DNA from: Spironucleus salmonicida | Lineage: Eukaryota | Assembly (NCBI RefSeq): GCF_000497125.1 | Contig: NC_090599.1 | Location: 682,001-746,000, forward strand | DNA: 64,000 bases | Direction of reading: 5' to 3' | Shown here: one piece after another, positions 60,724 to 64,000 of the stretch | Layout of the letters: each line of letters starts with the position of its first letter | Numbering within the stretch: position 1 is the first letter of the stretch | Position numbers and translations under genes: made by a program | The notes under the pieces: generated by a model | Databases searched by the model: none | Told to the model about the DNA's origin: nothing | The model's input: only the letters and a program-made list of their open reading frames with translations

Positions 60724-63517
60724 GCGAAGTTATCACTGTGGACGCCTATAGAGATGAGTGGGGTGGATGCGAATTCCTGACTTGCAACTATTTGTTGAGA
60801 GAAGTGCAAAGGCCGATCTACGGATGCGCTGCGGCAGGATATTGGGAATGGGCGCTAACATGAGGCTACGTTGGTGGTCCTGGAGGGCATGGGATACCTG
60901 CGCATGGCCATCTACCACAGTAAGGCCAGTAGCTCCATTGCAGGCAGTACTCTTGCATCTGCCTCCATGCTGCAGATTGCATACACGCTGACCTTGGCAG
61001 CATTCTGGGGTGTCCAGGATACAATGTCCTGAGCAAGACTCGCCAAGCCTCCGTAATGTGCAATTTCTCCGAAGTACGTGGGCCAGGTCCAGAGCTTGCA
61101 AGAGCCTGTCCAAATGCACCACACCTGCTGGAATTTCCTTTCCTAGCAGCGCCATGTATGGGTAATGCAAGCTGACCCTGGACCGTAAAAAGGAGCAGTA
61201 AGGGTGAGGATCCAAAAAGTCGCAATACCCATACGCACTACTAATTACACCGGTGCACCCTCAGTCCAGCGCACCTAGCCGGCTCAAAGTCACGAAATTT
61301 ATAGGCAGAAACGCATTCGTGGGAGTGCGGCCCAACACAACTGGCATTCTCTCCTAAGTTAGAGCGTTTATGGCTGCGGGTATTCCTGCACAGATACGGG
61401 GATGACCACTCCATCCTAGGGCCTCGCGACGGCATTTGAGTAGTGGCGCATTTGGGATGAATACACAAGCAGTTGGATAACATTATAATTAAATTAATAA
61501 TAGGGATTCTCTTAATCAACAATATTACTTTCATTGCCATTTCATGGTAATATTTCTATTTGGTGTGAATAAAATTCGATAAATTTACATAAAAATAAAT
61601 TTTATTTACTTGGGTGTTGGAGTAATATGGTGGATTTCGTATAATGTCCACTGTAATATTATTTAATATCAGGAATTACTAGTTAGATTAAGTGTAAGGG
61701 AAATATATAAGGTATATTCATATTTATAATATATTTAGGCAGTGATGTTAACGGTATTATTTAGAAAACTTGTCAAGTGAAGTAAATTTTGGCCAAAATA
61801 AATTTTTATTTTCTATTACTAATATATAATATAACATATATTAACTGTATATCTAAAATAATATTAAATGGGTTTAGATGTTGATTTGTAGATATGTCCT
61901 ATATTATGAAATAAAACGAAGAAATTGAAATTATATTGATTAATTTTACGTTGGTTTCAAATTCATTAATGTTAAGGAGCAAAGTTGAAATATAAAAAAG
62001 TATTTTATTCTAGATTTCTGTTATTATTAATTTTATCATAATAAATAATCATGAAATAAGATTTTTGATTCTATTAAATTATTGTAGATAAAATAGAAAG
62101 AGCAAAAACAAAACTTCAGTGAAGGTTTTTGATAAATACTGATGTAGTAATTCGCCAGATTCGGACTTAATCTAAATTTATTCGATTTTATATTGTTTTT
62201 AATTTCATATTGTTTAGTATTTTATATTCAATATATATCAGGTATTTATCGAGTAATCTAATCTACTTCTAAGGATGATATTCATTGAACCTTTTAGCAT
62301 ATCCATAGCTTCAATGGATTCTAGAAGAATGCTGATGAGAGTATAAGAAGTAAATTTTTCACCCATTTGAGCTATCAGATGTAATTTTAATGATGTATTT
62401 TTATACAAAATTAAACCCTGTAAAATAGGAAGCGAATTCATCAAGAATTTTGGAAGCAGACTTTGTTCTTAAAATAACAATAATAATTAAACTTGAAATT
62501 ATAATAATTTTCATAAATAATTAATTTAATTCATATGAGTCAGCTATAAAAATCATAAAAATCAAATTTTATCATTATTTCAAATAAAGTTTAATATAAA
62601 ATTCATTCACATAAGATACTATATAATCTGAGTATATCTTTCTATGGCTAACATTTCCTTAGTATAGTATCTGTACATGTAAAGTCACATGTATTATTCT
62701 ACTAAGAATTTATTATACACACCTCGTTACTTTTCAGTTGACTAATGAACTATACGTTAGTCTCTGTTATATTAATAATTTCTTTCGGGGTAAGTTAGCT
62801 TTAAACATTCTTTTCAAGATTCGATATTGACTAACCCATTTTTGAATTTTATTATTGATATATATTGTAATATATTAGAGATATAGTAATTCTAATTTAG
62901 ATATAGGTTGTTATTATATTTACTTTCATATTATCATTCTACATAAATAATCTGATAATCATATTTTACCTATCATTAAATACTATGTACTCAACAAATG
63001 TATATATTAATTTATGTTTAATATACAGTATTATATAAGTTAAACTAATCTATATACATTTTTTAATTGACTCTTAATATTATATACATAGTTATATTTA
63101 ACAAATCAAATCTTAGAAAGTTAATATTTTTAAATTTTTAGTGCATTAACGATCATACATTACAGTTTTAATTATATATTTAGTTTCATCATATTCATCC
63201 ATACATATTATATTACGGATCTTAAATATTACTCCTGATTCAACTTATACTATACTTTAAATACATTGCCTTTTACATCTTTATTAATACTTAAAACTAA
63301 AATGCTACTTCAATTTTTAGTTTTATATTTATAACTTGATAATAATATTTATTTATAATAAAACTTCTTTGAACATAGACTATTATACCTTAGTCCTCCA
63401 TATAGTAAAATATTAGTTAAAAACTTTTGCAGATATCACCCATACTTAAGTAACCTTTCCCTTTGCGGTAAAATTAGATATATCTGATTTTATACATTTA
63501 TACGTATTTTACAATTA

Positions 63518-63862
63518 ATGGGCGTGTAAGTTTCAAAACTGGAAGGCATGGTCGCCCAACAGCTGGTGCAACCGCATCCCCAAATAGCGCCCGTTATCTC
63601 ACAGCTTTCTCCGCAGCTGCTGCGCATTGGATCATGTTCTGATCTCCCGCCACTGTTTGACCATCGGAAGCAGAACTCACAATACGGCACGCTGGACACG
63701 CAACGGTTCCAGCAGTACAGCCTTACCGGCGCCAGCGCACAGAATTCGGCCAGCAACCTCTGGTCGAAAACGTCAATTAAGAAGCACGAGTTCGCTGAGA
63801 GCTCGAACAGGCTAAGCAAGGTCCTGTCAGACATGCAGGAGCAATACGAGGGCGTGCAATGA
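63518..63862 (+). CDS. 'MGxxxS[KR]LExxVxxQL' family small protein, 114 aa
   Basis: MGVQVSKLEGMVAQQLVQPHP...SNRLSKVLSDM. Start lies 10 codons upstream of the track ORF, via TAA=Gln. Confidence 0.75.
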
Positions 63863-64000
63863 GTTTTACATATTTTTCACTCTGTGTTTTATATTTTTAA
63901 TACCTGTTAATATACATTAATATACAATTTACTTGCCTTATTTGTTTTTAACATATTATTATACAATATCCATAATATCTAAAATTCTACCCGTTCACTA

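Larger units (their letters stand above)
59397..61460. repeat. IR4 right arm
   Basis: Reverse complement of 53760..55823. Confidence 0.97.

Noticed and set aside
1-61460. IRs as pure assembly or chimeric-read fold-back artefacts
   Set aside because: Multi-kb unique gene-bearing spacers, arm mismatches, frayed ends and composition tied to the borders argue for real structure. Read-level confirmation is still needed.
61460-63480. Short TGA-free frames in very AT-rich stretches (also ~2550-3050, ~11050-11380, ~23700-24040)
   Set aside because: With a single stop codon such frames arise easily; I could not fix consistent boundaries or motifs.

Overview
Eukaryotic, gene-dense and apparently intron-free DNA from a diplomonad, most likely Spironucleus salmonicida or a close hexamitid (inference). 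The supplied ORF track uses the wrong genetic code. TAA/TAG read as Gln (table 6) and TGA is the only stop, and many stops sit inside AGTGA. Re-read this way, the window encodes an ABCG transporter, a CTL-family transporter, an adrenodoxin-type [2Fe-2S] ferredoxin, an MFS-like permease, a Myb protein, an Sm-like protein, a Cys-rich membrane protein, a MATE transporter, an FAD/NADPH reductase module, an LRR protein, PP2A-family and PP2C phosphatases, a PAP2 phosphatase, a biotin protein ligase, eL20/RPL18a, V-ATPase subunit e and many hypotheticals. The dominant structure is four large, near-identical inverted repeats (arms 1.4-4.4 kb, spacers 2-6.3 kb). Their arms are GC-rich, carry unrelated ordinary genes, sit in a very AT-rich background and cut through flanking genes at their borders. 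Three small-protein families, mostly invisible or mis-started under the standard code, also appear. Coordinates were derived by hand, so starts may be off by one Met.
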